64,000 nt of DNA from contig JBHGNT010000022.1 in assembly GCA_043228905.1 (NCBI GenBank), forward strand, positions 1,364,001 through 1,428,000, in the 5' to 3' direction. Positions 36,880-49,900 of the stretch are shown here, piece by piece. Under the pieces are notes generated by a model. That model did not search any database. It had not been told where the DNA came from and was given only the letters and a program-made list of their open reading frames with translations. Origin of the DNA: Azolla caroliniana (taxonomy: Eukaryota > Plantae > Polypodiophyta). The position numbers and the translations under genes are program-made. Numbering within the stretch: the first letter of the stretch is position 1; every line of letters begins with the position of its first letter.

Positions 36880-39800
36880 AGAAATTATCATTAAATGGCT
36901 CATAATAATGACCTGATGTCATCCGCTCAAGTGGAAGGAATTCAAGGAAATTCTTCTAGGCCAATCCCCATTGAGTCGTATTTGATACAAATACAAAATT
37001 TCCTTATTTCAACCTTGCATCAGATGACAAAAATTCGGGAATCTCATAGTGTTCTCGCGACATGTGTCATTAGTTTACAACGTGATACTAATAGACCCGA
37101 TGAGTGTCAAGGTGAACGATCATTTGTCGTAAAGCCATTTATGGGAGACAAAAAGGAAAGAACCGAAGAAGCAATCTGCACGTGGCTAGGCTGATTGGAG
37201 TCTCATTTTGAGCTCTATCCCAAGACAGATAGTACGAAGATTGCATATGTCGACCGAGAATTAGGGGGTAAGGATACCTGGAGTCCCATGGTTGTACCCG
37301 TATTTAACGTTTAAATACGTATAATACCTCATCATTTGTATAGTACGTACTATACCTCAATGTTGTTCAGTCAAATATCATGTACATTTGTCCAATACGG
37401 TATTTAACGTATTTATAAAAAAATAGGTATAATACGTATTTATAAAGAAAATGCAAGGAAAATCCCAACAAAAACCAAAAGAAAAAACAAATTTTAGTGA
37501 AAAAGAAGCCAAAGGATGGAAGAAAGAAGAATAGAAGAGACGACGATGAAGAAGAAGAAGAGAGAAAAGAAGACATAAACCTGAGAAAAGAAGTCTGATA
37601 ATCGCAAAAGATAGAAGAAGAAGAAGAAGAAGAAGAAGAAAATGAAGAAATGAGAAACCTATCATGAGTGTGATAATCATAGACGATTACTCAATCTATG
37701 AAGGCATAATTGTAAATAATTACAATTTGAAGTAGAACATCATGATACACACTTACACTGATTTATAGAATAAGGGAATGTCGACATCCATATTACTACA
37801 AGTATTTTAGGATGTGAAATGTTCAAATGTCTTATATGCATTTTAGGATGTAGAACTATATTACACATCACAAAATTGTGTAAACATAGATGTTTTTTAC
37901 AATATTATAGATAATTTTTAGAAAGGTAAATAAATTTTCAAATTCTAGAAGTATTTAACGTACTATATACGTAAAATACGTATTTTACATATTTTATAAG
38001 TATTTCACATATTAAGAAAATGTATTTAACGTATTTTTAAATTGGGAGGTACTATACGCATATTAATATGTTATATACGTATGGTATCCATACCGTACCT
38101 AACAACCTTGACCTGGACAAACTTTTTCACAATTTTCAAGGGTCAATTTCTACAACCTCCATCTCGAACCGAGGTAGCACAAGCTTTAATGAACCTCTCT
38201 AGCCGGAAATTTTCTTCGCTAGAAGAATATGTTCACCATGCTAAAACCCAAAGCCAAAAATCGGGTCTAGAGGGGACAATTGGGTAATAACTTGTTTTGT
38301 CAATGTCATCCCCAATTCAGACTATCACTAGATAGTGCATGATAAGGATCCCAAATCCTTCAAAGAGACCATTGAAATAGGTCTTCGCTATCAACGCACT
38401 TTGAAGAAGGACCATAACAAACCCAATGAAGTGCCCACGACTAAGCAGTTGCAATTCGTTGGGAAATGCAAGACACCCAACGAATTCATGGATCGCGATT
38501 GTAAGCGACAAAATCCTTTTTGCGTATTCTACAAAAAGAAGGATCGTACAAAAGAGCAATGTCGAAAGCTCCAACGGAAAGAGCACAACAGAAAAACAAA
38601 AGTTGCAGACCAAAAAGGTCAGATTCCTAATGCCCTTCAGGTCTATACACATCATTTAAGTAATTGTAAATGTTCTTTCCCTCACTATGTATTGGAACCC
38701 AATGATTTACTACGTGCAAACAGGTATATCAATGGACCTCCCATACAATTTTTATTTGATTCAAGAAGCTCACACAACTTTGTGAATGATCATTTCGTTC
38801 AGATATGGGGAATCCAACCCACCGTAAGTGATCACACCTATAAGGTGCACTTGGTTGACGGAAGAGTACAATATATCAACAGGGTGATTCATTCATTAGG
38901 AATTTCTATTGATGCTTATATAGAGGAAGTAGACTTCCATGTAATGAATCTTTGTATCACTGATGTAATACTGGGTTATCCCTAATTTTTTAATAAAAAC
39001 TCTTCTTTATCTATTGATTGGGTTCACCATTCCATTTCTTTTGTACTGAACGATTGTACTCATTTTATTCAATGTGTAAATAAACAATCTCTTTCGATTG
39101 TTTCCTCTCCATCAATATCCGAGTTGTCTTGTTCTTCTTTATTTTATTGTGTACTTGATCCAAACATTCACGTTTATTATATCGATAATGTCTTGAGTCA
39201 ATTATCATATTTTGAACAACCACAACTCGATGAAATCTTAAATGATTTTCGTGATGTTTTCCGGAGTGAACTACCACATGGGCTACCTCCTAAATGTAAT
39301 ATAGACCATCGTATAGATATTGTACCTGGTGTTGCACCAATAACTCGATCCGAAGAGGATGATGTATCTAAGCAACCCAAGAACTATTTACAAATGGGTT
39401 ATATACGTTATAGTAAGTCTCCATGGGGTGCACCTATTCACTTGGTAAAAAAGAAAGAGGGCACATGGCACATGTGTATTAATTATCGATGCTTGAATAA
39501 AGTGACGATCAAGAATTCATATCCATTGCCCCGGGCTGACGATCTACTTGACCGTCTCAAGGGAGCTCGGTATTTTACGAAACTTGACCTCCGTACGGGC
39601 TTACATCAAATTCGTATAAGTGAGGAAGATGTTTCTACAACGGCATTTTGTACACACTATGGCCATTATGAGTTTTTGGTCATGCCTTTCGGTTTGACCA
39701 ATGCTCTGGCCACATTTCAACAAGAAATGAATGATATTTTCTGAGAACAACTTGGAAAATTTGTCATTATTTTCTTGGATGATATTCTTGCATCGAGAAA

Positions 39801-42303
39801 GTCAAACATTGGCCCACTCTTTGGAATATTCGAGAAGTTCGATCATTCTTTGGTTTTGTCGGGTTTTTGCGAAAATCTCTTCGTAATTAGTCCCAATTGA
39901 CGCCATCGTTTACTGATCTTCTCAAAGGTCAAATCCATAAGTCTACAAAACCTATTGTGTGGAATGCCACACTTGACCTCGTCTTTAAGGAACTCAAGGA
40001 TTTGGTGTGTAAAGCTCCTTCGCTTCTTTTACTAGGTCCTTCAAAACCTTTTCAGGTTGAAACTGACACAAGTGATTATGCTATAGGTGTTGTCTTATAT
40101 CAAGATGGTAAACTAATAGCATTCGAGAGTAGGAAACTTGATTATGCTCAATGTCGATATATTGTTCAAGAAAAGGAATTATTTGCAGTTATTCATGCGC
40201 TCAAGACATGGCGCCATTATCTTTATGGAAATCATTTTGTGGTAACTATGGACCATGAGTCCTTGATATATTTTTGTGACCAACAAGACCTGAAAGGTTG
40301 TAAGGCATGATGGGCAGATCTCATCCAGGACTTTGATTTTTCCGTACGATATCGTAAAGGTTCCATGAACACTGTCGTGGATGCACTAAGTCACATCCGT
40401 GAAGTTAACATGCTTAGCTTCACTGAAATAACATAAGATCTTTATTATCACCTTAGAGGAAAGTATCCTGATGACAGTTATTTTGTGAAATACTGACCAA
40501 GCGTTGAGTTTGGAATAGACACCACCACATCCTTGAAGGAACACTTCCACATTGCTAACGGTCTGCTCTACCATAATGGGAAGGTTTGTGTTCTAGATTT
40601 GCCTGAGGTAAAAAAGAGAATTCTTTTTTAATGCCATGATGCACCCTCAACAAGGCACCCTGAAATACATCATACACTCATTCTCATCTTCACTCAATTC
40701 TATTGGCCTAAGATGTGTCTTGACATACATAATTATGTGACTAAATGTCACCAGTGTTAGGTTAACAAAGCCAAGCGACTTAAAGCTGTAGGAATTTTTC
40801 ATCCCTTGGACATTCCCAATAATAAGTGGGAAAGTATACCCATGGATTTTATTGTTAGCCTTCCTCGCACCCAAAAAGGTCATGATGCCGTCTAGGTTGT
40901 GGTTGATCGACTAACTAAAATGGCCAGATTTATTGCTACTAAAACCACGGTAACAGTTCCTGAATTGGCTTCCCAATTCGTTGAAGAGTTATTTCGTTTT
41001 ATGGGTTACTGATGGATATCATGAGTGATCGAGATCCAAAATTTACTAGCGACTTTTGGATGCAAGTCGTTAAGAAGTTATAAACTACATTGAGCATGCA
41101 TGAGATCCACAAATCATCCTCAATCCGATGCACAGATAGAATGAGTAAATCAAATTATTGAGGATATGCTCCGTGCATATGTTGGTACAAAACCAACAAA
41201 ATGGGAACATTATCTCCCAATTTTGGAGTTTGCTTATAATATCTCCAAGCGTACATCGACGATATATAGTCCTTTTATGTTGATGTATGGCTTTCAGCCA
41301 CGAGCCACGATTGATGTTAATATATATCATGATGATTTGCGAAGTACGCAAAACTTTCTTCGGATATGCAAGATATGTTGCATATTGCACGAGATAATAT
41401 AAAAATAGCTCAAGATAGAGTGCATTTCTATGCCGATCATAATAGGTAACCTCGTGTATTCAACCCTCGACATAAGGTATTTTTACGTGTACCTGACAAT
41501 TCAAAGACATTCTCTATGGGTAAGTGCGCTAAGTTAGCCCCATGCTTTTGTGGACCGTTTACAATTCTCAAATGGATTGGCTCATCAGCCTATCGTCTTG
41601 CTCTTCCTGATGGCGTTGAAATCCATCTAGTTTTTCATATAAGTCTTCTAAAAGAACTTCTAGGTTCTGGCGACAATACAGTGACAACCAAAACTCTAGT
41701 AACTTTTGAAGATTTATCTTGTAAACTACATCTACCATAAATAATCCGAGAATTTAAAATTAAATGGATGGATAAGTCTATATAAAAGATGCCATATGGG
41801 AACGTGAAAATACTCTTAGAACTAACTTCCCTAACTTTCCATTGCAAGAGTGCAATGTTTTAAAGAGGGGGATTATGTTACAGGCATGACCATAATATCC
41901 AATGGCGAGAATGTACCGTAGTATTCTATACACGTGGATAAAGTGTGAGGGTTAAACAAGAGTTTAAACAAGGGGAGGATTAATGAATACTCGGGATTGA
42001 GACAACCCATTAGGCCAATTGTGAACTTGCCTAGGGGCCTAGCTACCCTCATTTGCCACATTGTCGACTACATCGAGACTCTGACATTGTGGTGGGTCAA
42101 CTCTTGTAGCGAGTGCACCAACACCAAGTACAATTCGACGCCACGATGGTGGTATGGGATGCCGATTGACGCTCGAGTTCATCTCGACCGCTTCCCTCGA
42201 GGGTGGTCATGTAGATCGGCACCCTTCTTTCTCTCTCTCTCCTTTCTTATATATCTATCTTCTATCCTTATCATATGCTTAGATTAGTAGCTAAGCTCTA
42301 ACA
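36880..42303 (+). mobile_element. Gypsy X (chromovirus): decayed gag-PR-RT-RH-INT-chromodomain, PPT, 3' LTR 41876-42303
   Basis: [71 protein letters not shown].. Confidence 0.9.
37287..38110 (-). mobile_element. Second, inverted copy of the hAT-type MITE, in X gag
   Basis: Reverse complement of 8529-9305; ends CATGGTTGT / ACAACCTTG; TSD not clean. Confidence 0.88.
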
Positions 42304-43120
42304 CCTATTCGCTACTTCTGATCCCCGAACTCCTTGATGGGCTTCGCATTGCGCGTGTCTTCTCCAAACTTGATCTGCGTGGAGCATACAATCTAGTACA
42401 GATCAAGCCAGGGGATGAATGGAAAACCACATTCCGAACACGGTATGCACATTTCGAATACAAGGTAATACCTTTTGGTCTTACTAACACCCCAACACTT
42501 TTTCAACATATGATGAACGATATAGTCCGGGAGTATCTCAATCATTGTGTCATCATTTACCTCGATGATATTCTCATTTTTTTGCCAAACATAGAGGACC
42601 ACACTCACCAAGTCCGATTAATTCTTGCTAAACTTTGCAAGCACGGCCTTTATGCCAAAGGTGAGAAATGCGAGTTCGACCGTACCTCGATCGAATTCCT
42701 AGGCTACATCATCTTGCCCACTGGCATCACAATATATATGAAGAAGCTCTTTGTCATTCAGGACTGGGCGAGTCCAAGTCGACTTAAAGATGTGCAATCC
42801 TTCCTCGGCTTCGCAAATTTTTACAATCGCTTTACCAAAGGGTTTTCAACCCTAGCATAAGCTCTTATCGCCCTCCCCTGCAAAGGTGCTCCTTTTTTAT
42901 AGACCTTGGCGGCACAAAATACGTTCGACTCACTCAAACACACATTCATCACTACCCTGGTGCTGCTACATGCCAACCCCACAAAACCCTTCCAAGTCGA
43001 AACTGATGCCTCTAACTTTGCCATTGGCACCATCTTATCCGAGGTAGACGACACAAACCTAATGCACCCAGTGGCTTATTAATCCCGGAAATTCACGGCA
43101 TCCGAAATCAATTATCCCAG
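42304..43120 (+). pseudogene. G1 RT-RH, first copy
   Basis: Resumes at (Y)[12 protein letters not shown], IYLDDILI, VQSFLGFANFY, ETDASNFAIG. Confidence 0.88.
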
Positions 43121-44217
43121 TTGCTCATCAGCCTATCGTCTCGCTCTTCCTGATGGCGTTGAAATCCATCCAGTTTTTCATGTAATTCGTCTATAAGAAA
43201 TTCTAGGTTCTTGTGACAATACAGTGACAACTGAAACTCTGGTCACTTCTAAAGAATTATCTTCTAAACCACATCTACCACAAAGAATTCTCGATGTTAA
43301 AACAAAAAAATTGCACTCTAAAATAATCCGAGAATTTAAAATTAAATGAATGGATAAGATTATAAAAGATGCCACATGGGAACGTGAAAATACTCTTAGA
43401 ACGAACTTCCCTAACTTTCCATTGCAAGAGTGCAATGTTTTAAAGAGGGGGAGTATGTTACGGGCATGACCGTATAATATCCCAAGAATTTAAAATTAAA
43501 TCAATCGATAATTCTATAAAAGATGCCACATGGGAACGTGAAAATACTCTTAGAACAAACTTCCCTAACTTTCCATTGCAAGAGTGCAATGTTTTAAAGA
43601 GGGGGAGTATGTTACAGGCTTGACAGTATAATATCCCGAGAATTTAAAATTAAATGAATGGATAAGTCTATAAAAGATTCCACATGGGAACATGAAAATA
43701 CTCTTAGAACTAACTTCCCTAACTTTCCATTGCAAGAGTGCAATGTTTTAAAGAGGGGGAGTATGTTACGGGCATGATCATATAATATCCCGTGGTGAGA
43801 ATGTACCATAGTATTCTATACATGTGGATAAAGTGTGAGGATTAAACGAGAGTTTAAACAAGGGGAGGATTAATTAATACTCGGGATTGAGACAACCCAT
43901 TAGGCCGGGTGTGAACTGGCCTGGAGGCCTTAGGTCTGGCTATAAATATGAGGCCTAGCTACCCTCATTTGACACAGTATCGACTATGTTGAGACTCTGA
44001 CATTGTCGTGGATCACCTCTTGTAGTGAGCGTGCTAGCACCAAGTACGATTCGACGCCACGTCGGTGGTATGGGACGCCGATCGATGCTCGAGCCCATCT
44101 CGATCCCTTCCCTCAGGGGTGGTCAGGTGGATCAACACTCTTCTTTCTCTCTCTCCTTTCTTATTTATCTATCTTTTATCCTTATCATATGCTTAGATTA
44201 GTAGCTAATCTCTAACA
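43121..44217 (+). repeat. Duplicate of X 3' end (chromodomain, PPT, LTR 43764-44217) with 3 x 154-bp repeat
   Basis: Matches 41580-42303; PPT+TGTTAC recurs at 43456, 43610, 43764. Confidence 0.92.
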
Positions 44218-46710
44218 CCTATCCGCTACATCTGATACCCGAACTCCTTGATGGGCTCCACATTGCGTATGTCTTCTCCAAACTTGATCTACGTGGAGCG
44301 TACAATCAAGTATACATGAAACCGGTGGACGAATGGAAAACCGCATTCTGAACACGGTATGGGCATTTCGAATGGAAGGTAATGCCTCTTGGTCTTATAA
44401 TGCCCCAATAGTTTTTCAACATATGATGAACGATATATTCGGGGAGTATCTCGATCATTTTGTCCTCATTTACCTCGATGATATTCTCATTTTTTTGCCA
44501 AACATAGAGGACCACACTCACCAAGTCCGATTAGTTCTTGCTAAACTTCGCAAGCACGGCCTTTATGCCAAAGGCGAGAAATGCGAGTTCGACCGTACCT
44601 CAATCAAATTCCTAGGCTACATCATCTCGTCCACTGGCATCACTATGGATATGAAGAAAATCTCTATCATTCAGGAATGGGCGAGTCCAAGTCAACTTAA
44701 AGATGTGCAATCCTTCCTCGGCTTCGCAAATTTTTACCGTCGCTTCATCAATGGGTTTTCTACCCTAGCACATGCTCTTATCGCCGTCACCCGCAAAGGT
44801 ACTCCTTTTTTATGGACCTCGGTGGCGCAAAATGTGTTAAACTCACTCAAACATGCAATCATCAGTGCCCCATGGTTACTACATGCCGATCCCACAAAAC
44901 CCTTCCAAGTTGAAACCGATGCCTTTGACTTCGTCATTGGCACCATCTTATCCCATGCAGACGACAACAACCTACTTGTCTGGTGCACAACATCATGTCC
45001 AGGTAGTGACTAATCATAAAAATTTAGTTTATTTTTCCACCACACGTACTTTGAATCGAAGGCAGGCCCGTTGGTCGACATTTCTCGCCGAGTACGATTT
45101 TAAGATCATATTTTGAGTTGGTGGCCAACATGGGCAGGTCGATGCCCTTTCTTGTCGAGCCGACCTTGCACTCCGCCCTAGGGATGCCGCTTATCCTCAA
45201 CAATCTAGATGTTTGCTTAAACACGATCAATTGCATCTTTTTGCCACTTGTACGTTGCAGGATGATTCATTACTCCAACAGATCACCGATGCATCCACAA
45301 CCGATGCGTTCGGCAACGAGATTGGCGATAGTTTGCAAAACCCCTCCCAACGAGATCTCGGAATATCACCTTGACCACTTCACCATAAAAGATGGTTTGC
45401 TATTCCGAGATCATCTTATATGTCCCAGAGGGAGCGTGTCGCACTCGAGTGTTGCAGAAATGCAACGATGACCCACTTATAGTTCATTTCGGGGTCGCAA
45501 AAACCCTCGAGGTAATCTCTTGGGGGTAATGGTGACCACAAACCATGGAAGTTGGTCAAAGAATACATCAAGAGTTGTGAGTTTTGTGCTCACTCCAAAG
45601 CCGCTCATCATCGGTCATATGGCTTATTCCAGCCGCGCCCATGCCCCAGTCATGCATGGGCCTTTATCTCTATGGACCTGATAACTAATCTACCGTTGGT
45701 CAATAGCTATGACTCCATGTTGGTCTTTATCGATCGGTTTACAAAGATGGCTCACTTCACTCCATGCTCCAAAACCATTTCCAGCGAAGGAATGATACAT
45801 CTACTCAACAATGTGGTCCACTTGCATGGACTCCCTGACAATGTCATCTTCGATCGCGGACCCCAGTTTGTCTCTCACTTCTAGCAGCTCCTACTACAAA
45901 CTTTAGGCATCTCTATTAAGTTTTCCTTCGCCTATCACCCACAAACCGACAAGCTGACGGAGCACATCAACCAAATCCATGAGTAGTATCTTCGGTGCTC
46001 AGTTAGTTACCAACAAGATGATTGGGTCAACTTTCTTTCACTCGCGCAATTCGCCTACAATAATTCTCTCCATGTATCAGCTAGCGTCACTCCCTTCTTT
46101 GCAAAGTATGGTTTACATCCTCACTTCAATATTTCCCTCCCTACCACTTTCGCGAACCCTTCGGCAGAGGGTCGCGCCCGCGTTTTAGAAGAGCTACATC
46201 ATGATTTATCCTTGGAGCTTAGTCTCGTTGGCGAACAATACAAGAAACACGTTTATCGCCATTGATCTGCCACTCCACACTTTGTCGTCGGAGACATGGT
46301 TTGGTTGTTACGACGGCACATCTCTACAGCTCATCCCTCTGCGAAACTTGATTACAAGAAGTTGGGACCATTCCGTATCGTCGAGTGCATCAATCTCGTC
46401 GCCCTCTGGCTCGCCCTTCCATCACACTTTCGGATTCATGATGTTTTTCATGTATCCCTCCTTGAAGCCCATTATACTTCACAACCCCCAAATCGTGAAG
46501 CCCCACCACCACCACCTATGCAAATGACGACATGGGAGAAATACGAGGACGACCAAATCCCCTACTCACGTTGGCACCGTCGACACTTGCAATACCTCAT
46601 CTTGTGGAAGGGTTACCCCATATCTGACGCCACGTGGGAACATTCGAAAAATTTACAAAATGCACTAGAGGTGGGCCAAAATAGTCATCACCGATATCCC
46701 CACAAACCAG
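44218..46710 (+). pseudogene. G1 RT-RH-INT-chromodomain, second copy and continuation
   Basis: IYLDDILI, LNRRQARWSTFL, ISMDLIT..DRFTKMAHF, KLGPFRI..IHDVFHVSLL, YLILWKGYPISDATWE. Confidence 0.92.
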
Positions 46711-46985
46711 TTTCGCGAAGTTTCCTGCGTCTGAGTTACTTGCGCGGGACCATGGGGATCTTGGACTAGGGAGTATTGAAGGGATAGAGAGACTCGAGGT
46801 TTGCTACTTCCCGAACCCTTCCCTAGCAAGGGCTCATTACCCCTTTTTGTGAGGCCGGTGGCTTTCGTTGATCACGACTCCTCGAATTTTAGAGATCACC
46901 GCACGAGCCAAGTGATCAAATGGATACAAGAAAAGATGAACACGCAAGATGAATGCACAAGGGGACGATAACACAAACAAGGATG

Positions 46986-49900
46986 TGTTGGAGACGAGGT
47001 CGTCTATGCGGAAGATCAAGAAGCATTCGATTGGGGTGAGTACCTGCGTATGAAGGAATCGAAGATCGTTGCACAGAGAGAGAGAGAGAGAGACACACAC
47101 ACAAAAGACTCTTCTATTCCATAAAGCAATAATAATACAACCCAACCTTACAAAAAGGTTACAAGGTCACTATATATAGTGACAGACTTAGGGCATCTAC
47201 CATTTATGCTAATTACACAAATGGCCCAAACTTGATCTATACAAAGGGATAGTGTGAATACGTCCATTATACACTTGTATTCGACACTCCCCCGTAATGG
47301 GCGTATACATGGGTTATCTAAGATTACAGGCATAAACCTAGGTTCTCGGACATATCAGTTTTGTTCGAGTCGGCAGGGTCCGAAGGCAGAAGACCGAACT
47401 GGTCGGGTCGGAAGAGTTGAAGCCGATCATTAAAGAACTGATGTCGGTTGTCGGAAACCATCCTGCAATGTGTCCGGCTCTAACCGGACTGGTTTGTCGT
47501 TACGCCCATCTGATGCCGAAGGGACCGAAAGCGGTCTGCCGAAAGACACTTGGTCATTCCATCTGCGACATTGTCGGTTGTCGATATTTTCTCTAGACCG
47601 ATTTTCCCTGAAATGACGCAGTCCCGAACGAAGTGATATCGAACGTCGATATGTTTGGAGGCGTTGTGGTGAACCGGATTTTTCGACAAGGCAACAGCAC
47701 CTTGACTGTCGCTGTAGACAACTGGGGCCGAGTCATGGTCGACTTGTCGAAACGTGTGCGCCAGCCGGCCGAGCCACAAAGCTTCTTTTGCAGCGTCGGA
47801 CGCAGCTACATATTCTGCTTCGGTCGTTGAGGTCGCTGTGCACTCCTGAAGTTTCGACTTCCACGAAATTGCTCCATTGCCGAATTTGAAGCAGTATCCG
47901 GTTGTTGATTTCCGACTTTCTATACAGCCGGCGAAGTCCGAGTCGGTGTAACCGACTACGCCTGTAGTTGAGTCCGGACCGAAAAGAATGCCGTGGTCTT
48001 TTGTGCCAGCCAGATATTTGAACACATGCTTGACTGCGTTCCAATGCGATCGGCCAGGATTGTGCATAAATCTGCTAACGACTCCTACGGCATGAGAAAT
48101 ATCAGGCCGTGTCGCGACCATCAGGTACATAAGGGAGCCGACTGCCGGTGCATACGGTACCGACTTCATATCTTCCCCCTCCGGACCGGATGTCGGGCAG
48201 TCTCGCTGAGAGAGCCGAAGATTCATGGGGAGCGGGGTTGAAGCAGATTTGGCTGATTGCATGTTGAAGCGTTCCAAGACACGTCCGATATAGTCGGTCT
48301 GAGACAAAAAAAGATGTCGTTGATCGCGATGACGACTAATCTTCATGCCAAGTATGTGTCGTGCCGGACCGAGGTCCTTCATGGCAAACTTCAACCGCAG
48401 TTGCCGAATGAGATCGGCAAGTTCGCCCGCGTGGCGTCCAGAAATTAGCATGTCGTCCACGTAAATGATGAGGAAGATGGGTGATCCATCTTGAGCTGTG
48501 TTGGTAAAAAAACAATGGTCCTCATCGCTTTTTGAGAAGCCGATCGATTGGATGAAGTCGTCGAACTTCTTGTACCATTGTCGCGGTGCCTGTTTGAGGC
48601 CGTATAGACTCTTCCTGAGTCGGCAGACTAGATGTTCTTGGCTAGTTACCACGAAGCCTTTTGGCTGCTCCATATAAATTTCCTCTTCAAGATCACCATG
48701 GAGGAATGTTGTTTTGACATCTAGCTGAATCAGCTCCAAGTTGTCGGCTGCCACTACGCCGAGTAGAAAACGAAAGGTTGTCATTTTCACCACTGGTGAA
48801 AAAATCTCGTCGAAGTCGACGCCATATTCTTGTCGAAAGCCCTTCGCAACTAATCTGGCCTTGTACTTTGGGGTGGTCGAATCAGACGTCTCTTTTAGTC
48901 GATAAACCCACTTGCAAGGAAGAGCACATTGGTTCCTAGGTAATTCGACCAGATCCCAAGTCTTGTTTGCCCGAATGGAGTGCATTTCCGACTCCATCGC
49001 CAGATGCCAGGTGGCAGAATCGACAGATGTCGATGCTTCTTCGTAAGACGTCGGTTCGCCGGCGTCGGTGAAGAAAATTCCAGGAGAATACCTCTCCGGA
49101 GGTTGCGACAGTCTCTCGGATCGTCGAGGTATGATTGGACTGGTCGCATCGGGTATCGAGGTCGGATGGTCCGAAAGCTGCTGTGCCGAGTCAGAGTTGT
49201 CCGAATCGGTAGTGTAAGGTTCAGCTACCCGTGAAGCTGACCGTGTGTTAAGAGCGGGGCCTTCTTGAAGGGTCGGCACATCGGAAAATGTTACCCTTCG
49301 GACTTCGATCGGTGTTTTGACTGATGGATTCATAGCCAACTCGTTGAACACAACGTCCGAACTTCGGACGATTTGTCTGCGTTCGGGGTCCCAGAGTCGG
49401 TATCCCATTTCGCCGTCGGATCCATATCCAAGGAAAATGCATTTCCTGGTCCGAGGTGCAAGTTTTCGGCGATCATCTTTCGGAATAAGGGCGTACGCCT
49501 CGCATCCGAAGATCCTCAGCTTGTCGTAATTCGGCTTACTGCCGATCCATAGTTCCTGAGGAATTTGAAGTCCTAGAGGTCTACTTGGTGACATATTGAT
49601 TATGTGTACTGCCGTGAGTAGAGCCTCTGCCCAGAAGCCATCCGACAGTCCGGAGTGTTGGAGCATGGAAACTATCCGTTCTTGGATTGTCCGATTCATT
49701 CGTTCTGCAATCCCGTTTTGCTCCGGACTGTGTAGTGCCGTAAATTCACGTCGGATGCCGCGTTGTCCGCAGAATTTGACGAATTCTTCTGATTTGAACT
49801 CTCCCCCATTGTCGGTCCGAAAGCATTTCAGTTTTCGGTCGGTTTGATTTTCTACCATAGCGAGCCAATCGGAGAAGATCGAGAAGACACGATCTTTGGT

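Noticed and set aside
37276-37286. 8-bp TSD for MITE copy 2
   Set aside because: ACCTGGAG versus ACCTGGAC is offset by 3 bp from the TIR, so not accepted
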